DNA from: Gammaproteobacteria bacterium
Lineage (GTDB): Bacteria > Pseudomonadota > Gammaproteobacteria > SURF-13
Direction of reading: 5' to 3'
DNA length: 64,000 bases
Assembly (NCBI GenBank): GCA_003599485.1
Contig: QZKM01000018.1
Location: forward strand, 278 to 64,277
Under the pieces are notes generated by a model. The model was not told the DNA's origin. It worked only from the letters and a program-made list of their open reading frames with translations, and did no database searches. The stretch's first letter is position 1. Every line of letters begins with the position of its first letter. Made by a program: the position numbers and the translations under genes. Positions 33,093-46,605 of this stretch are shown here, piece by piece.

Positions 33093-33788
33093 CTACTTCT
33101 TCCGTAACAACGCCTGTATCCGCTCCACCACGGCCTCGATGCTCATTCCGGTAGTGTCCAGCGCCACTGCGTCCGGCGCCGGTTTCAGGGGGGCGGCGGC
33201 GCGTGCGCTATCCCGCGCGTCGCGCTCGGCAATATCCTTTACAAGGTCGTTCATTTTAGCATCGAGTCCCTTATCTTTCAACTGTTTATAGCGCCTGCAC
33301 GCGCGCTCCTCAGGCGTCGCGGTAAGAAAAATCTTGAGCGCCGCGTCGGGGAAGATCACCGTGCCCATGTCGCGTCCGTCGGCGACCAGCCCCGGCGCTT
33401 TGCGGAACGCGCGCTGCCGCTGCAGCAGCGCCGCGCGCACTTCGGGCAGGGCCGCCACCCGGGAGGCGTTATTGCTGCACTGTTCGCTACGCAGCGCCGC
33501 GCTGACCTCGACACCCTCCAGATATACCTTGTCCGGCTGCGCCGGGTCTGAGGAAAACCGCGCATCCAGCCCTGCCGCCAGTGCGCCCAAACCTGCGGCG
33601 TCATCCAGCGCCACGCCGTGCTGCAGCGCGGCCAGAGCGACCAGCCGGTACAACGCGCCGCTGTCGAGATAATGCCAGCCCAGACGCTGCGCCAGCAGTT
33701 GGCTGATCGTGCCCTTGCCGGAGCCGCTGGGACCATCTATGGCAAGCACGGGGGCTGGCGCAGAGGGTGGCACGCGAGTCTGCGTCAT
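33093..33788 (-). CDS. cmk: Cytidylate kinase (start at the Met of MTQTRV...)
   Basis: Walker A AIDGPSGSGKGT and Cmk family sequence. Position between aroA and rpsA matches the E. coli cmk-rpsA-ihfB order. Confidence 0.9.
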   Translation of the reverse strand: MTQTRVPPSAPAPVLAIDGPSGSGKGTISQLLAQRLGWHYLDSGALYRLVALAALQHGVALDDAAGLGALAAGLDARFSSDPAQPDKVYLEGVEVSAALRSEQCSNNASRVAALPEVRAALLQRQRAFRKAPGLVADGRDMGTVIFPDAALKIFLTATPEERACRRYKQLKDKGLDAKMNDLVKDIAERDARDSARAAAPLKPAPDAVALDTTGMSIEAVVERIQALLRKK

Positions 33789-33789
33789 T

Positions 33790-35106
33790 CTAAATTTGCC
33801 GGATGTTGAGGCCCGCGCCGCGCGCGAGATCGGCAAAACCGGGAAACGAGGTATTGACGTTGGCGCAGTCGCGTATCGTGATAGGCGCGCCGGCGCGCAG
33901 CGCCGCCATGGCGAAGGCCATGGCGACGCGATGGTCGCCGTGGCTGTCAACGTCGCCGCCGCGCAGCGCACCGCCCTGGATCACCATGCCGTCCGGCGTG
34001 GGCCGCGCACTGATGCCGAGGGCGTTGAGCCCGTCCGCCATTACCTGGATGCGGTCGCTTTCCTTGACGCGCAATTCATGCGCCCCTTGCAGCACGGTTT
34101 CACCCTGGGCGCACGCGGCGGCGATGAACAGCGCGGGGAACTCGTCTATCGCCAGCGGCACCTGCTCCACCGGAATGACGATGCCATGCAGCGGCGCTGC
34201 GCGCACACGGATGTCCGCCACTGGTTCGCCGCCCGCCGTGCGTTCATTCAGTAACTCAATATTCGCTCCCATCAGGCGCAGGATATTAACCACGCCGGTG
34301 CGGGTTGGATTGACGCCGGCGTGCTCCAGCATCACGTCTGATCCTGCGGCAATGCTCGCGCCCGCCATGAAGAACGCGGCGGAGGAAATATCCGCCGGTA
34401 CCATAATTCGCATGGCGCGCAGCTTGCCGCCGCCCTGCACGCACACCGTGTTGCCGAGGCGCGCCACCGGACAGCCGAAGCCCTGCAACATGCGTTCGGT
34501 GTGATCGCGCGCCGGCGCAGGCTCGGTCACGCAGGTGCGCCCCTGCGCGTACAACCCAGCCAGCAGCAAGGCAGATTTGACCTGCGCGCTCGCCACCGGC
34601 ATCGCATAGTCTATGCCTCGCAGCTCCGTATTGCCGTAGATGATAAGGGGTGCGGTGCCATCCGGACTTGCCTCGATGCGTGCGCCCATGCGCGTCAGCG
34701 GTTCAATCACGCGCTTCATGGGGCGGCGCGTAAGTGAAGCGTCGCCTGTCAATGTCGCGGAAAACGGTTGAGCGGCGAGCAGGCCGCACAGCAGGCGCAT
34801 GGAGGTGCCCGAATTGCCGAGATCCAGAGGTTTATGCGGCGTGCGCAAACCGTGCATACCCGCGCCGTGGATAATCACGCGCCCCGGCTCCGGGCGCTCG
34901 ATTTTCACGCCCATGACGCGAAACGCCTCCAGCGTTGCCAGACAGTCTTCGCCTTCCAGAAAGCCGCTCACCTCGGTGACGCCTTCCGCCAGCGCGCCGA
35001 GCATGATGGAACGGTGCGAGATGGACTTATCGCCCGGCACGCGCACGCGGCCGCTGAGCTTGCCGCCGGGCATAATCTGATAAGTGATGGACGATGCAGT
35101 GCTCAC
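33790..35106 (-). CDS. aroA: 3-phosphoshikimate 1-carboxyvinyltransferase (EPSP synthase)
   Basis: LPGDKSISHR and the EPSP synthase fold sequence. GTG start. Confidence 0.93.
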   Translation of the reverse strand: MSTASSITYQIMPGGKLSGRVRVPGDKSISHRSIMLGALAEGVTEVSGFLEGEDCLATLEAFRVMGVKIERPEPGRVIIHGAGMHGLRTPHKPLDLGNSGTSMRLLCGLLAAQPFSATLTGDASLTRRPMKRVIEPLTRMGARIEASPDGTAPLIIYGNTELRGIDYAMPVASAQVKSALLLAGLYAQGRTCVTEPAPARDHTERMLQGFGCPVARLGNTVCVQGGGKLRAMRIMVPADISSAAFFMAGASIAAGSDVMLEHAGVNPTRTGVVNILRLMGANIELLNERTAGGEPVADIRVRAAPLHGIVIPVEQVPLAIDEFPALFIAAACAQGETVLQGAHELRVKESDRIQVMADGLNALGISARPTPDGMVIQGGALRGGDVDSHGDHRVAMAFAMAALRAGAPITIRDCANVNTSFPGFADLARGAGLNIRQI

Positions 35107-35966
35107 GGATAACGCTCGTCGCGCGCACGCTTGGCACGGGTAAAAATGGCCGTCAGCGCCGCGCCGTCGTTCGTGCTGATCGCGGCGGCGATGCGCTCAA
35201 GTTCTTGCTGATAATTCTGCAACGCATCCAGCAGGGCCTCGCGGTTGGCGAGACAGATGTCGCGCCACATCGCGGGGTCGCTGGCCGCGATGCGGGTGAA
35301 ATCGCGCAGGCCGCCGGCGGCGTTTTTCAATATTTCACCGCCGTTGCCGGCGTCGAGCCGCGCCAGATTATCCATCAGCGCATAGGCCAGAACGTGCGGC
35401 AGATGACTGGTGACGGCGAGAATCTCATCGTGCTGTTTGGCGCTCATCTCGCTCACTGCCGCGCCCGCGCTTTGCCACATCGCGCGCACCTGCGCCAGCG
35501 CCTCTGGGCTGGTCTCCGCGAGCGGGGTCAAAATCACGCGCTGATTTTTAAACAGTGTGGCAAAAGAGGCCTCCACCCCGCTCTTTTCCGTGCCCGCGAT
35601 GGGGTGGCCCGGCACGAAATTTCGCGGGACGCTGTGAAACACCGCGCGCGCGTCTTCAATCACGCTCTGCTTGGCGCTGCCCGCGTCGGTGATGACGGCC
35701 TGCGCGGAAATATTGGACGCTATCCGCCGCAGCACCTCGCGCGTCGCGCCGGTCGGCACGGCAAGCACAATCATGTCGGCGCCCGCTACCGCCCGCGCAA
35801 GATCGGTTTCATACCTGTCTATCACGCCCAGCGCCACGGCCTTTTGCAATTGAGCGGCGTCGCGCGCGCAGCCGACGATTTCATTGCACGCCTTGGCCGC
35901 CTTGAGCGCCCGCGCCAGCGAACCGCCGATGAGCCCCACGCCGATGATGGCCAGCCTATTTATCAT
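35103..35966 (-). CDS. tyrA: Prephenate dehydrogenase
   Basis: N-terminal Rossmann GVGLIGGS and TyrA family sequence. Confidence 0.85.
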   Translation of the reverse strand: MINRLAIIGVGLIGGSLARALKAAKACNEIVGCARDAAQLQKAVALGVIDRYETDLARAVAGADMIVLAVPTGATREVLRRIASNISAQAVITDAGSAKQSVIEDARAVFHSVPRNFVPGHPIAGTEKSGVEASFATLFKNQRVILTPLAETSPEALAQVRAMWQSAGAAVSEMSAKQHDEILAVTSHLPHVLAYALMDNLARLDAGNGGEILKNAAGGLRDFTRIAASDPAMWRDICLANREALLDALQNYQQELERIAAAISTNDGAALTAIFTRAKRARDERYP

Positions 35967-37063
35967 TCTTCCAGTACCTTTTCCAGCGCGCCCAGGAAAC
36001 GCGCGTTTTCCTCATGCGTGCCAATGGTCACGCGCAAATGCCGCGGCATACCATAGTTCGCCACCGGACGCACAATCACACCCTCGCGCAGCAGACCTTC
36101 ATAGACCGGCTGGGCGGGACGTTCTACGTCCACGCTGATGAAATTCGCCAGCGAGGGGATGAAACTCAGGCGCAGGCGCGTGAACGCCTGCGTGAGTTGC
36201 GCCATGCCGGCGCGATTCAGCGCCACGCTGCGCGCGAGATGCTCCCTGTCTTCCAGCGCGGCCAGCGCCGCCGCCTGCGCCAGCGAATTCACGTTAAACG
36301 GCTGGCGCACGCGGTTCAGCAGGTCAGCCACTTCCGGATGCGACACACCGTATCCCACACGCAGGCCGGCCAGGCCATAGGCCTTGGAGAAGGTGCGCGT
36401 GGTAACCAGATTCGCGTAGCGCGCCACCCAAGGCAGCGTATCGGGGTAGCGCGTTTCACTGTCAATGGCGTATTCATAATACGCTTCGTCTATCACCACC
36501 AGCGCGTGGCGCGGCACGGCGCGCACGAAGGCTTCCAGACTTTCCCGGTCCAACCAGGTGCCGGTGGGGTTGTTGGGATTGGCGATGAAGATCACGCGCG
36601 TACGGTCGCCGATTAAACCGCGCATGGCGTCGAGATCATGGCCGAAATCGCGCGCCGGCGCGACACGCGCGGTCGCGCCCACCGCCTGGGTGACGATGGG
36701 ATACACGGCGAAGGAATGCTCGGAGAAAATTACCTCATGCTCCGGCGTGACGAAGGCGCGCGTGAGCAGTTCCAAAATATCGTTGGAGCCGTTGCCGAGC
36801 GTGATCTGCTCCGGCGTCACGCCGTGTTTGCGCGAAAGCGCCTGTTTCAACTCGAACCCCGCGCCGTCGGGATAGCGCGCCAGTTCCGGCAGGGCCGCGC
36901 GCGCCGCCTCCAGCGCGCACGGGGCGGGGCCAAGCGGGTTTTCATTCGAGGCCAGTTTGATAATGCCGCTCACGCCGTATTCGCGCTGCAATTCGGCGAT
37001 GGGCTTGCCGGGGATATAGGGTTGCAGCCGGCGCACGCCCGGCGCGGCGAGTTCAGTGAACAT
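35963..37063 (-). CDS. hisC: Histidinol-phosphate/aromatic aminotransferase (HisC family)
   Basis: LASNENPLGP and class-II aminotransferase PLP-lysine region. Confidence 0.85.
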   Translation of the reverse strand: MFTELAAPGVRRLQPYIPGKPIAELQREYGVSGIIKLASNENPLGPAPCALEAARAALPELARYPDGAGFELKQALSRKHGVTPEQITLGNGSNDILELLTRAFVTPEHEVIFSEHSFAVYPIVTQAVGATARVAPARDFGHDLDAMRGLIGDRTRVIFIANPNNPTGTWLDRESLEAFVRAVPRHALVVIDEAYYEYAIDSETRYPDTLPWVARYANLVTTRTFSKAYGLAGLRVGYGVSHPEVADLLNRVRQPFNVNSLAQAAALAALEDREHLARSVALNRAGMAQLTQAFTRLRLSFIPSLANFISVDVERPAQPVYEGLLREGVIVRPVANYGMPRHLRVTIGTHEENARFLGALEKVLEE

Positions 37064-37069
37064 GTTTTT

Positions 37070-38137
37070 TTACAGTACTGCCCTGGGATAGGCGCCGAGA
37101 ATTTTCACCAGCACGCCGTCCGCTTCCAGTTCGGACAGCGCCTGCGTCACTTTCGCGTCCTGCGCGTGACCTTCGATGTCCACAAAGAACACGTAATTCC
37201 ACAGGCCCTGACGTGACGGGCGCGACTCGATGCGGGTGAGCGAAATGGCGTGCCTGGCGAACGGCTGCAACAGGCGATGCAGCGCGCCGGGGCGGTTCGA
37301 GGTAGCCAGCAACAACGAGGTTTTATCCTGCCCGCTGGGTGGCACGGCCTGCTTGCCGACTACCAGAAAGCGCGTGGTGTTGTCGGGATTATCCTCGATG
37401 TTGGCGGCGATAATGTTCAGTTGATAAATCTGCGCCGCCTGCTCACCGGCGATGGCCGCGGCGCCCGGCTCGGCGGTGGCGCGGCGCGCGCCCTCGGCGT
37501 TGCTGCTCACGCTCAGCCGTTCGATGCCGGGCAGATGCGCCTCCAGCCACTGGTGGCATTGTCCCAGCGACTGCGGGTGGGCATAGATGCGCCGCACCTC
37601 GCCCAATGCCGCCATCTTGCCCATGAGCTGCTGATGGATGCGCAATTCAACCTCGCCGCAAATCTGGAGCGACGAGTGCATGAACATGTCCAGGGTATGA
37701 TCCACCACGCCCTCGGTGGAATTTTCCACCGGCGCCACGCCGTAGGCCGCGGCATCCGCCTCTACCTCGCGGAACACCTCCTCGATCGAGGACAGCGCGC
37801 GGGTTTCAATCGCGTGGCCAAAGTGCTTAAGCGCGGCGTTTTGGGTGAAGGTGCCTTCCGGCCCCAGGTAGGCGACGCGCGTGGTCTGTTCCATGGCGCG
37901 GCAGGCGGACATGATCTCGCGGAAGATGCGCGTGATGTGCTCGCCGCTCAGCGGCCCCTGGTTGCGCTTCAGCGCCTGGCGCAGCACCTCGGCCTCGCGC
38001 TCCGGACGGTAGGGTTGCGCGCCGTTTTTCAGCCGCGCGATCTCCAGCGCGTAGCGCGCGCGTTCGTTAAGCAAGGTCTGGATTTTTTCATCCAGCTCGT
38101 CAATGCGCACGCGCAACGATTGGAGTTTGTCGTTCAT
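37070..38137 (-). CDS. pheA: Bifunctional chorismate mutase / prephenate dehydratase
   Basis: Chorismate mutase type II N-terminus (LRVRIDELDEKIQTLLNERA), prephenate dehydratase domain and ACT domain. Confidence 0.92.
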   Translation of the reverse strand: MNDKLQSLRVRIDELDEKIQTLLNERARYALEIARLKNGAQPYRPEREAEVLRQALKRNQGPLSGEHITRIFREIMSACRAMEQTTRVAYLGPEGTFTQNAALKHFGHAIETRALSSIEEVFREVEADAAAYGVAPVENSTEGVVDHTLDMFMHSSLQICGEVELRIHQQLMGKMAALGEVRRIYAHPQSLGQCHQWLEAHLPGIERLSVSSNAEGARRATAEPGAAAIAGEQAAQIYQLNIIAANIEDNPDNTTRFLVVGKQAVPPSGQDKTSLLLATSNRPGALHRLLQPFARHAISLTRIESRPSRQGLWNYVFFVDIEGHAQDAKVTQALSELEADGVLVKILGAYPRAVL

Positions 38138-38226
38138 AACAAATTAGGGGAAAGGGACAAGGGAAAACGCAAACCCCAGTGTGCTGCCACCCCCTTTCCT
38201 CTTGTATCTTTGCCCTTTTCCCTGCT

Positions 38227-39390
38227 TCACAATGTTCTCACCGACAGCACGCCGTTGATGGCGGCGATTTCCTTCACCGCTGCATCAGGGATCGGCTTGT
38301 TCACGTCGGCCAGGGTATAGGCGTAGTCGCCACGCGACTTGTTGAGCAAATCCACGATGTTGAGATCGGCCTTGGCCATGGCGGTGGAGATTTGCCCCAC
38401 CATGTTCGGCACGTTGGCGTTGGCGATGGCGATGCGGTAGCCTTCTGTGCGCGGCATCACCACTTCGGGATAGTTCACCGAGTTGCGGATGTTGCCGTTC
38501 TCCAGGAAATCTCGCACCTGTTCCGCGACCATGATGGCGCAATTGTCCTCCGCCTCGGCGGTGGAGGCGCCGAGGTGCGGCAGCGCGATGACGCGCGCGT
38601 GGTTCCTGAAAATGTTGGCCGGGAAATCGCATACATAGGCGTGAATCTTTCCGGCGTCCAGCGCCTCCTTGAGCGCCTTGTCGTCCACGATGCCTTCGCG
38701 CGCGAAATTGAGCAGCACCGCGCCCTTTTTCATCAACTTCAGGCGCTGTGCATTGATGAGATGCCGCGTCGCGTCCGCGAGCGGCACGTGCAGGGTGAGG
38801 AAATCCACCCTGGACGCGAGATCGTCCACGCTCGCCGCCTGCTGCACCTCGGAAGACAGTTTCCACGCGCCCTGCACGGTGATGCCCGGGTCAAAACCGA
38901 TCACCTTCATGCCGAGCGCGAGCGCGCTGTTCGCCACCTCGCGCCCGATGGCGCCGAGACCGATCACGCCCAGCGTGCGGTATTGCAGTTCAAACCCGGC
39001 GTAATCCTTTTTGCCCGCCTCGACCAGCCTGTTGAGGGTGGCATCATCGCCGTCCAGTTTGCGCGCAAAGTCCCACGCCTGGCAGATGTTGCGCGCGGCC
39101 AGCAGCATACCCGCCAGCACCAGTTCCTTCACCGCGTTGGCGTTGGCGCCGGGCGCGTTGAACACCGGCACGCCCAGCCTGGCGAACTTTTCCACCGGAA
39201 TGTTATTCACCCCTGCCCCCGCGCGCCCCACGGCCTTGACGCTTTTCGGCGGTTCCATCTTGTGCATGTCGGCGGAACGCAGCAGGATGGCGTCCGGCTG
39301 CTGAATTTCGGAAGCCACTTCATAGTTTTCGCGCGGCAGACGTTCCAGGCCAACCGGAGAAATGTTATTCAGGGTCAGGATTTTGTACAT
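38227..39390 (-). CDS. serA: D-3-phosphoglycerate dehydrogenase
   Basis: 2-hydroxyacid dehydrogenase NAD-binding domain (GLGAIGREVA) plus a C-terminal regulatory domain. Confidence 0.85.
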   Translation of the reverse strand: MYKILTLNNISPVGLERLPRENYEVASEIQQPDAILLRSADMHKMEPPKSVKAVGRAGAGVNNIPVEKFARLGVPVFNAPGANANAVKELVLAGMLLAARNICQAWDFARKLDGDDATLNRLVEAGKKDYAGFELQYRTLGVIGLGAIGREVANSALALGMKVIGFDPGITVQGAWKLSSEVQQAASVDDLASRVDFLTLHVPLADATRHLINAQRLKLMKKGAVLLNFAREGIVDDKALKEALDAGKIHAYVCDFPANIFRNHARVIALPHLGASTAEAEDNCAIMVAEQVRDFLENGNIRNSVNYPEVVMPRTEGYRIAIANANVPNMVGQISTAMAKADLNIVDLLNKSRGDYAYTLADVNKPIPDAAVKEIAAINGVLSVRTL

Positions 39391-39407
39391 GTAGTCCTCT
39401 TAAACAA

Positions 39408-39479
39408 GTGGCTAGTGGCTAGTAGCTAGGTAATACACTGTATGCTTTTTCTCGTTACTAGCGACTAGCCACTCGCCAC
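39408..39479 (-). other. serC-serA intercistronic hairpin: 22-bp imperfect inverted repeat (20 of 22 matching) GTGGCTAGTGGCTAGTAGCTAG / CTAGCGACTAGCCACTCGCCAC, 28-nt loop
   Basis: Seen directly in the sequence. It begins 5 nt after the serC stop and is followed on the minus strand by UUGUUU and then the serA Shine-Dalgarno AAGAGGA. Candidate partial terminator or attenuator. Confidence 0.55.
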
Positions 39480-39484
39480 TGCTT

Positions 39485-40570
39485 TTAAGCATTCCGCCGC
39501 GCAAACTCGCGCATGAATTCGATCAAGGTGTCCACGCCTTTTTCCGGCATGGCGTTGTAGATGCTGGCGCGCATGCCCCCCACCGAGCGGTGACCGGCAA
39601 GCGCCACCAGGCCGGTTTTTTTCGCCTCGGCCATGAAGGTCTCGTCCAGCTTGGGATCTTGCAGCGTGAACGGCACGTTCATCCATGAGCGGCAGGACTT
39701 TTCCACCGGATTGCGGTAAAACCCGCCGGAGTTGTCTATCGCGGCGTACAGCTTGTCCGCCTTGCGTTTGTTACGTTCACCCATTGCGGTCAGACCGCCG
39801 TTACGCTTCAACCATTGAAACACCAGGCCCGCAACGTACCAAGCGTAAGTGGGTGGAGTGTTGTACATGGAGCCGTTATCGGCGTGGGTTTTGTAATCGA
39901 ACATGAGCGGCGTGCCGGGCAGGATTTGTCCCATCAAATCCTCGCGTACGATCACCAGCGTCAGCCCCGCCGGGCCGATGTTTTTCTGCGCACCGGCGTA
40001 AATCACGCCGAAACGGCTCACGTCCAGCGGACGCGACAAAATGGTGGACGACAAATCCGCCACCAGCGGCACGCCGTGCGTGTCCGGTATGGTGTGAAAC
40101 TCCACGCCGCGGATGGTTTCATTCGGCGTGTAGTGCACGTAGGCGGCGTTGGGATTCAGCTTCCACGCCGCGCGCTCCGGGATGCAGGTGAAATTTTTAT
40201 CCTCGGAACTGGCCGCGACATTCACCTTGCAATAGCGCTTGGCCTCGGCGATGGCCTTTTGCGACCAGTCGCCGGTGTTGAGATAGTCCGCCGTGTCCTT
40301 GCCGCGCAGCAGGTTCATCGGCGCCATGGCGAACTGCGCCGTCGCGCCGCCCTGCAGGAACAGCACCTTGTAGTTGCCCGGCGCCGCCAGCAGTTCGCGC
40401 ACGTCCTTTTCCGCCTGCCCGGCGATGGCCATGAAGTCCTTGCCGCGATGGCTCATCTCCATCACCGACATGCCGGACTTGCCCCATTCCAGCATTTCAT
40501 CCCTGGCCTGTTGCAGCACCTCTTCCGGCAGCACCGCCGGCCCCGCACTGAAATTGAATACGCGTGCCAT
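39485..40570 (-). CDS. serC: Phosphoserine aminotransferase
   Basis: MARVFNFSAGPAVLP and class-V aminotransferase sequence. Confidence 0.93.
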   Translation of the reverse strand: MARVFNFSAGPAVLPEEVLQQARDEMLEWGKSGMSVMEMSHRGKDFMAIAGQAEKDVRELLAAPGNYKVLFLQGGATAQFAMAPMNLLRGKDTADYLNTGDWSQKAIAEAKRYCKVNVAASSEDKNFTCIPERAAWKLNPNAAYVHYTPNETIRGVEFHTIPDTHGVPLVADLSSTILSRPLDVSRFGVIYAGAQKNIGPAGLTLVIVREDLMGQILPGTPLMFDYKTHADNGSMYNTPPTYAWYVAGLVFQWLKRNGGLTAMGERNKRKADKLYAAIDNSGGFYRNPVEKSCRSWMNVPFTLQDPKLDETFMAEAKKTGLVALAGHRSVGGMRASIYNAMPEKGVDTLIEFMREFARRNA

Positions 40571-40596
40571 AATGACGCTTGTTCTCCGTTATTTTT

Positions 40597-43167
<2,571 letters not shown>

Positions 43168-43283
43168 CGGAGTGAGTGCGGCGGCGGGCTGGAGAATTAT
43201 AGTGAAGGGGCTGAATCACAGCGTAATTTTAGCATAATTCCATGTCCGCCCGCACCCGGAAAATAGGACAAAATGAACCCGCT

Positions 43284-44327
<1,044 letters not shown>

Positions 44328-44417
44328 GAGTGCTTCATATTAACGAATTAAAACAATAACTTGATTGATAATTGCGGGCGCGGAACAAATCCTAAATTTA
44401 ACAAAATACGGGATTTT

Positions 44418-44461
44418 TTTGATACAAATCAATTGTTTTTTACTTGTGAAGTCACTATAAT
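44418..44461 (+). promoter_or_regulatory. Sigma-70-like promoter for the OmpA-family gene
   Basis: TTGTTT, a 17-nt spacer, then TATAAT in an AT-rich intergenic region. The Shine-Dalgarno AAGAAGGAG precedes the ATG at 44539. Confidence 0.5.
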
Positions 44462-44538
44462 TAAATTTTAGGCCTAAAGTAGCATGCTTCACTACTATAA
44501 CCGAATACTCAGCCCACGGCTAAGAAGGAGTCACAACA

Positions 44539-45213
44539 ATGACCAAAACCATCAAGAATTTCATGCTGGGAAGTATCATGGCCATCAGCCCGCTCCTTGG
44601 CTTTAACACCGCTTATGCGGGAGAGATCTCCGGCAACCACGCTTACGTGGTGGATGCGGGAGGCACGCTGGTCAGAGACGGCTCAGAGAAGTGTATTCGC
44701 ACCGGCTCGTGGGGCGATTCGGTACACTTCCTGGTTGAATGTGGCGACGCCGTGGAGCAGCCGGCGGCGGAGCCCGCCCCGGCCGCCAAGCCTCCAAAAG
44801 GTCCTCAACCCCCCGCCATCCGCGCCACCTTGCAGACCGACGCTTACTTTGACTTCGACAAGGCCATTTTGAAACCGGAAGGCCAGGCCAAGCTGGATGA
44901 GTTCGTGGTCAAAATGAATGAATACACCCAGGTGGACGTGCTGCTGGTCACCGGGCATACCGACCGCATCGGCGCCGAGGCTTACAACATGAGATTGTCA
45001 CAGCGCCGCGCGGACGCCGTGAAGTCCTATCTGGTCAGCAAGGGCGTGGCCTCACACCGCATCGAAACCGACGCCAAGGGCGAGTCACAGCCGGTAGTGG
45101 AATGCGCCCACGTCAAGGGCAAGGAGAATCGCCATAACAAGGCCCTGATAGATTGCCTGGCGCCGAATCGGCGTGTCGTGGTCGAGGCCAAGGTGCAGCG
45201 CGAACAACGCTGA
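44539..45213 (+). CDS. OmpA-family peptidoglycan-associated protein (RmpM-like: signal peptide, Pro-rich linker, OmpA C-terminal domain)
   Basis: Signal peptide, linker PAAEPAPAAKPPKGPQPP, and OmpA domain motifs TGHTDRIG...NMRLSQRRA. Confidence 0.85.
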   Translation: MTKTIKNFMLGSIMAISPLLGFNTAYAGEISGNHAYVVDAGGTLVRDGSEKCIRTGSWGDSVHFLVECGDAVEQPAAEPAPAAKPPKGPQPPAIRATLQTDAYFDFDKAILKPEGQAKLDEFVVKMNEYTQVDVLLVTGHTDRIGAEAYNMRLSQRRADAVKSYLVSKGVASHRIETDAKGESQPVVECAHVKGKENRHNKALIDCLAPNRRVVVEAKVQREQR

Positions 45214-45241
45214 TACGAAATCTTGAAATAGCAGTATCATA

Positions 45242-45268
45242 AGCCCCGCCCTCGCGGGGCTTTTTTTA
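45242..45268 (+). terminator. Rho-independent terminator
   Basis: AGCCCCGCcctcGCGGGGCU hairpin followed by UUUUUUU. Confidence 0.85.
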
Positions 45269-45294
45269 TCCGGGGAAAGACTTCAAGCGCCATC

Positions 45295-46605
45295 ATGCAG
45301 CAGATTGATTTAATCGTCCACGCGCGCTGGGTGATCCCGGTGGAGCCCGCGGGCGTGCTGGAACACCACTGCGTGGCGGTGCATGAAGGGCGCATCGCAG
45401 CAGTGCTGCCCAGCACGGACGCTTCGATGCGCTACCGGGCCGCGGACATCCTGCATCTTCCCGATCACGCACTGATTCCGGGCCTTATTAACGCGCACAC
45501 CCACGCCGCCATGTCGCTGCTGCGCGGGCTGGCCGATGACCTGCCGCTGATGGAGTGGCTGAACAAGCACATCTGGCCCGCCGAAAGCGCCTGGGTCAAC
45601 CCTGAATTCGTACACGACGGCGCCGGGCTTGCCGTCGCGGAAATGCTGCGCGGCGGCGTCACCTGCTTTAACGACATGTATTTCTTCCCGGATGTCACCG
45701 CGCGCGTCGCCGCGCGCTGCGGCATGCGCGCCAACGTCGGATTGATCGTGCTGGACTTCTCTACCGCCTGGGCGAGCAACGCGGACGACTATCTGCACAA
45801 GGGCATCGCGCTGCACGACTTGCTGCGCAATGAGCCGCTGCTCAGCGTCAGCTTCGCACCGCATGCGCCGTATACGGTGTCCGACGCGCCGCTGCAAGAC
45901 ATCGTTAAATACGCGGAAGAGATGAACCTGCAAATACACATGCACGTGCACGAGACCGCCGAGGAGGTGCGCCAGGGAGTGGATAAATACGGCACACGCC
46001 CGCTGCAACGTTTGCAGGAGCTAGGGCTGCTGTCGCCCTCGCTCATGGCGGTGCACATGACGCAACTGACCGATGAAGAGATCGCGCAGGTTGCGCGGAG
46101 CGGCGCGCACGTGCTGCACTGCCCGGAATCCAACCTCAAACTGGCAAGCGGCTTCTGCCCGGTGGACAAACTCATCAAGGCCGGCGTGAACGTGGCCATC
46201 GGCACCGACGGCGCGGCGAGCAATAATGACCTGGATATGTGGAGTGAAATGCGGAGCGCGGCGCTGCTCGCCAAGGGCGTGAGCGGCGACGCCACCAGCG
46301 TGCCCGCCGCAGAGGCCCTGCGCATGGCGACGATCAACGGCGCGCGCGCGCTGGGATTGGAGGACAAAACCGGTTCCCTGCAACCCGGCAAGGCCGCCGA
46401 TATGACCGCGGTGCATTTAGGCGCAATCGAAACCCAGCCGCTGTATGACCCCGTGTCGCAACTGGTGTATGCGGCGGGGCGTCATCAGGTGACCGATGTC
46501 TGGGTGGCCGGGCGGCGCCTGCTGCGCGAACGCAAACTCACCACCCTCGATGAGCAGGCCATCCTCGCCAGGGCCGCGCAATGGCGGGATAAGATAAGAC
46601 CCTAG
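45295..46605 (+). CDS. mtaD: 5-methylthioadenosine/S-adenosylhomocysteine deaminase (amidohydrolase, TRZ/ATZ family)
   Basis: Metal-binding HxH (INAHTHAAMS) and amidohydrolase core. Confidence 0.8.
   Translation: MQQIDLIVHARWVIPVEPAGVLEHHCVAVHEGRIAAVLPSTDASMRYRAADILHLPDHALIPGLINAHTHAAMSLLRGLADDLPLMEWLNKHIWPAESAWVNPEFVHDGAGLAVAEMLRGGVTCFNDMYFFPDVTARVAARCGMRANVGLIVLDFSTAWASNADDYLHKGIALHDLLRNEPLLSVSFAPHAPYTVSDAPLQDIVKYAEEMNLQIHMHVHETAEEVRQGVDKYGTRPLQRLQELGLLSPSLMAVHMTQLTDEEIAQVARSGAHVLHCPESNLKLASGFCPVDKLIKAGVNVAIGTDGAASNNDLDMWSEMRSAALLAKGVSGDATSVPAAEALRMATINGARALGLEDKTGSLQPGKAADMTAVHLGAIETQPLYDPVSQLVYAAGRHQVTDVWVAGRRLLRERKLTTLDEQAILARAAQWRDKIRP

Noticed and set aside
38138-38226. Purine-rich tract (GGGGAAAGGGACAAGGGAAAA) followed by a pyrimidine-rich tract (CCCCCTTTCCTCTTGT...CCCTTTTCCC) between serA and pheA
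   Set aside because: I could not pair it into a convincing hairpin or terminator. It might be an H-DNA-like mirror tract or just a promoter-region composition quirk, and there is no clear functional call.
38179-39429. 416-aa plus-strand ORF antisense to serA
   Set aside because: Shadow ORF in high-GC DNA. The minus frame is a clear D-3-phosphoglycerate dehydrogenase.
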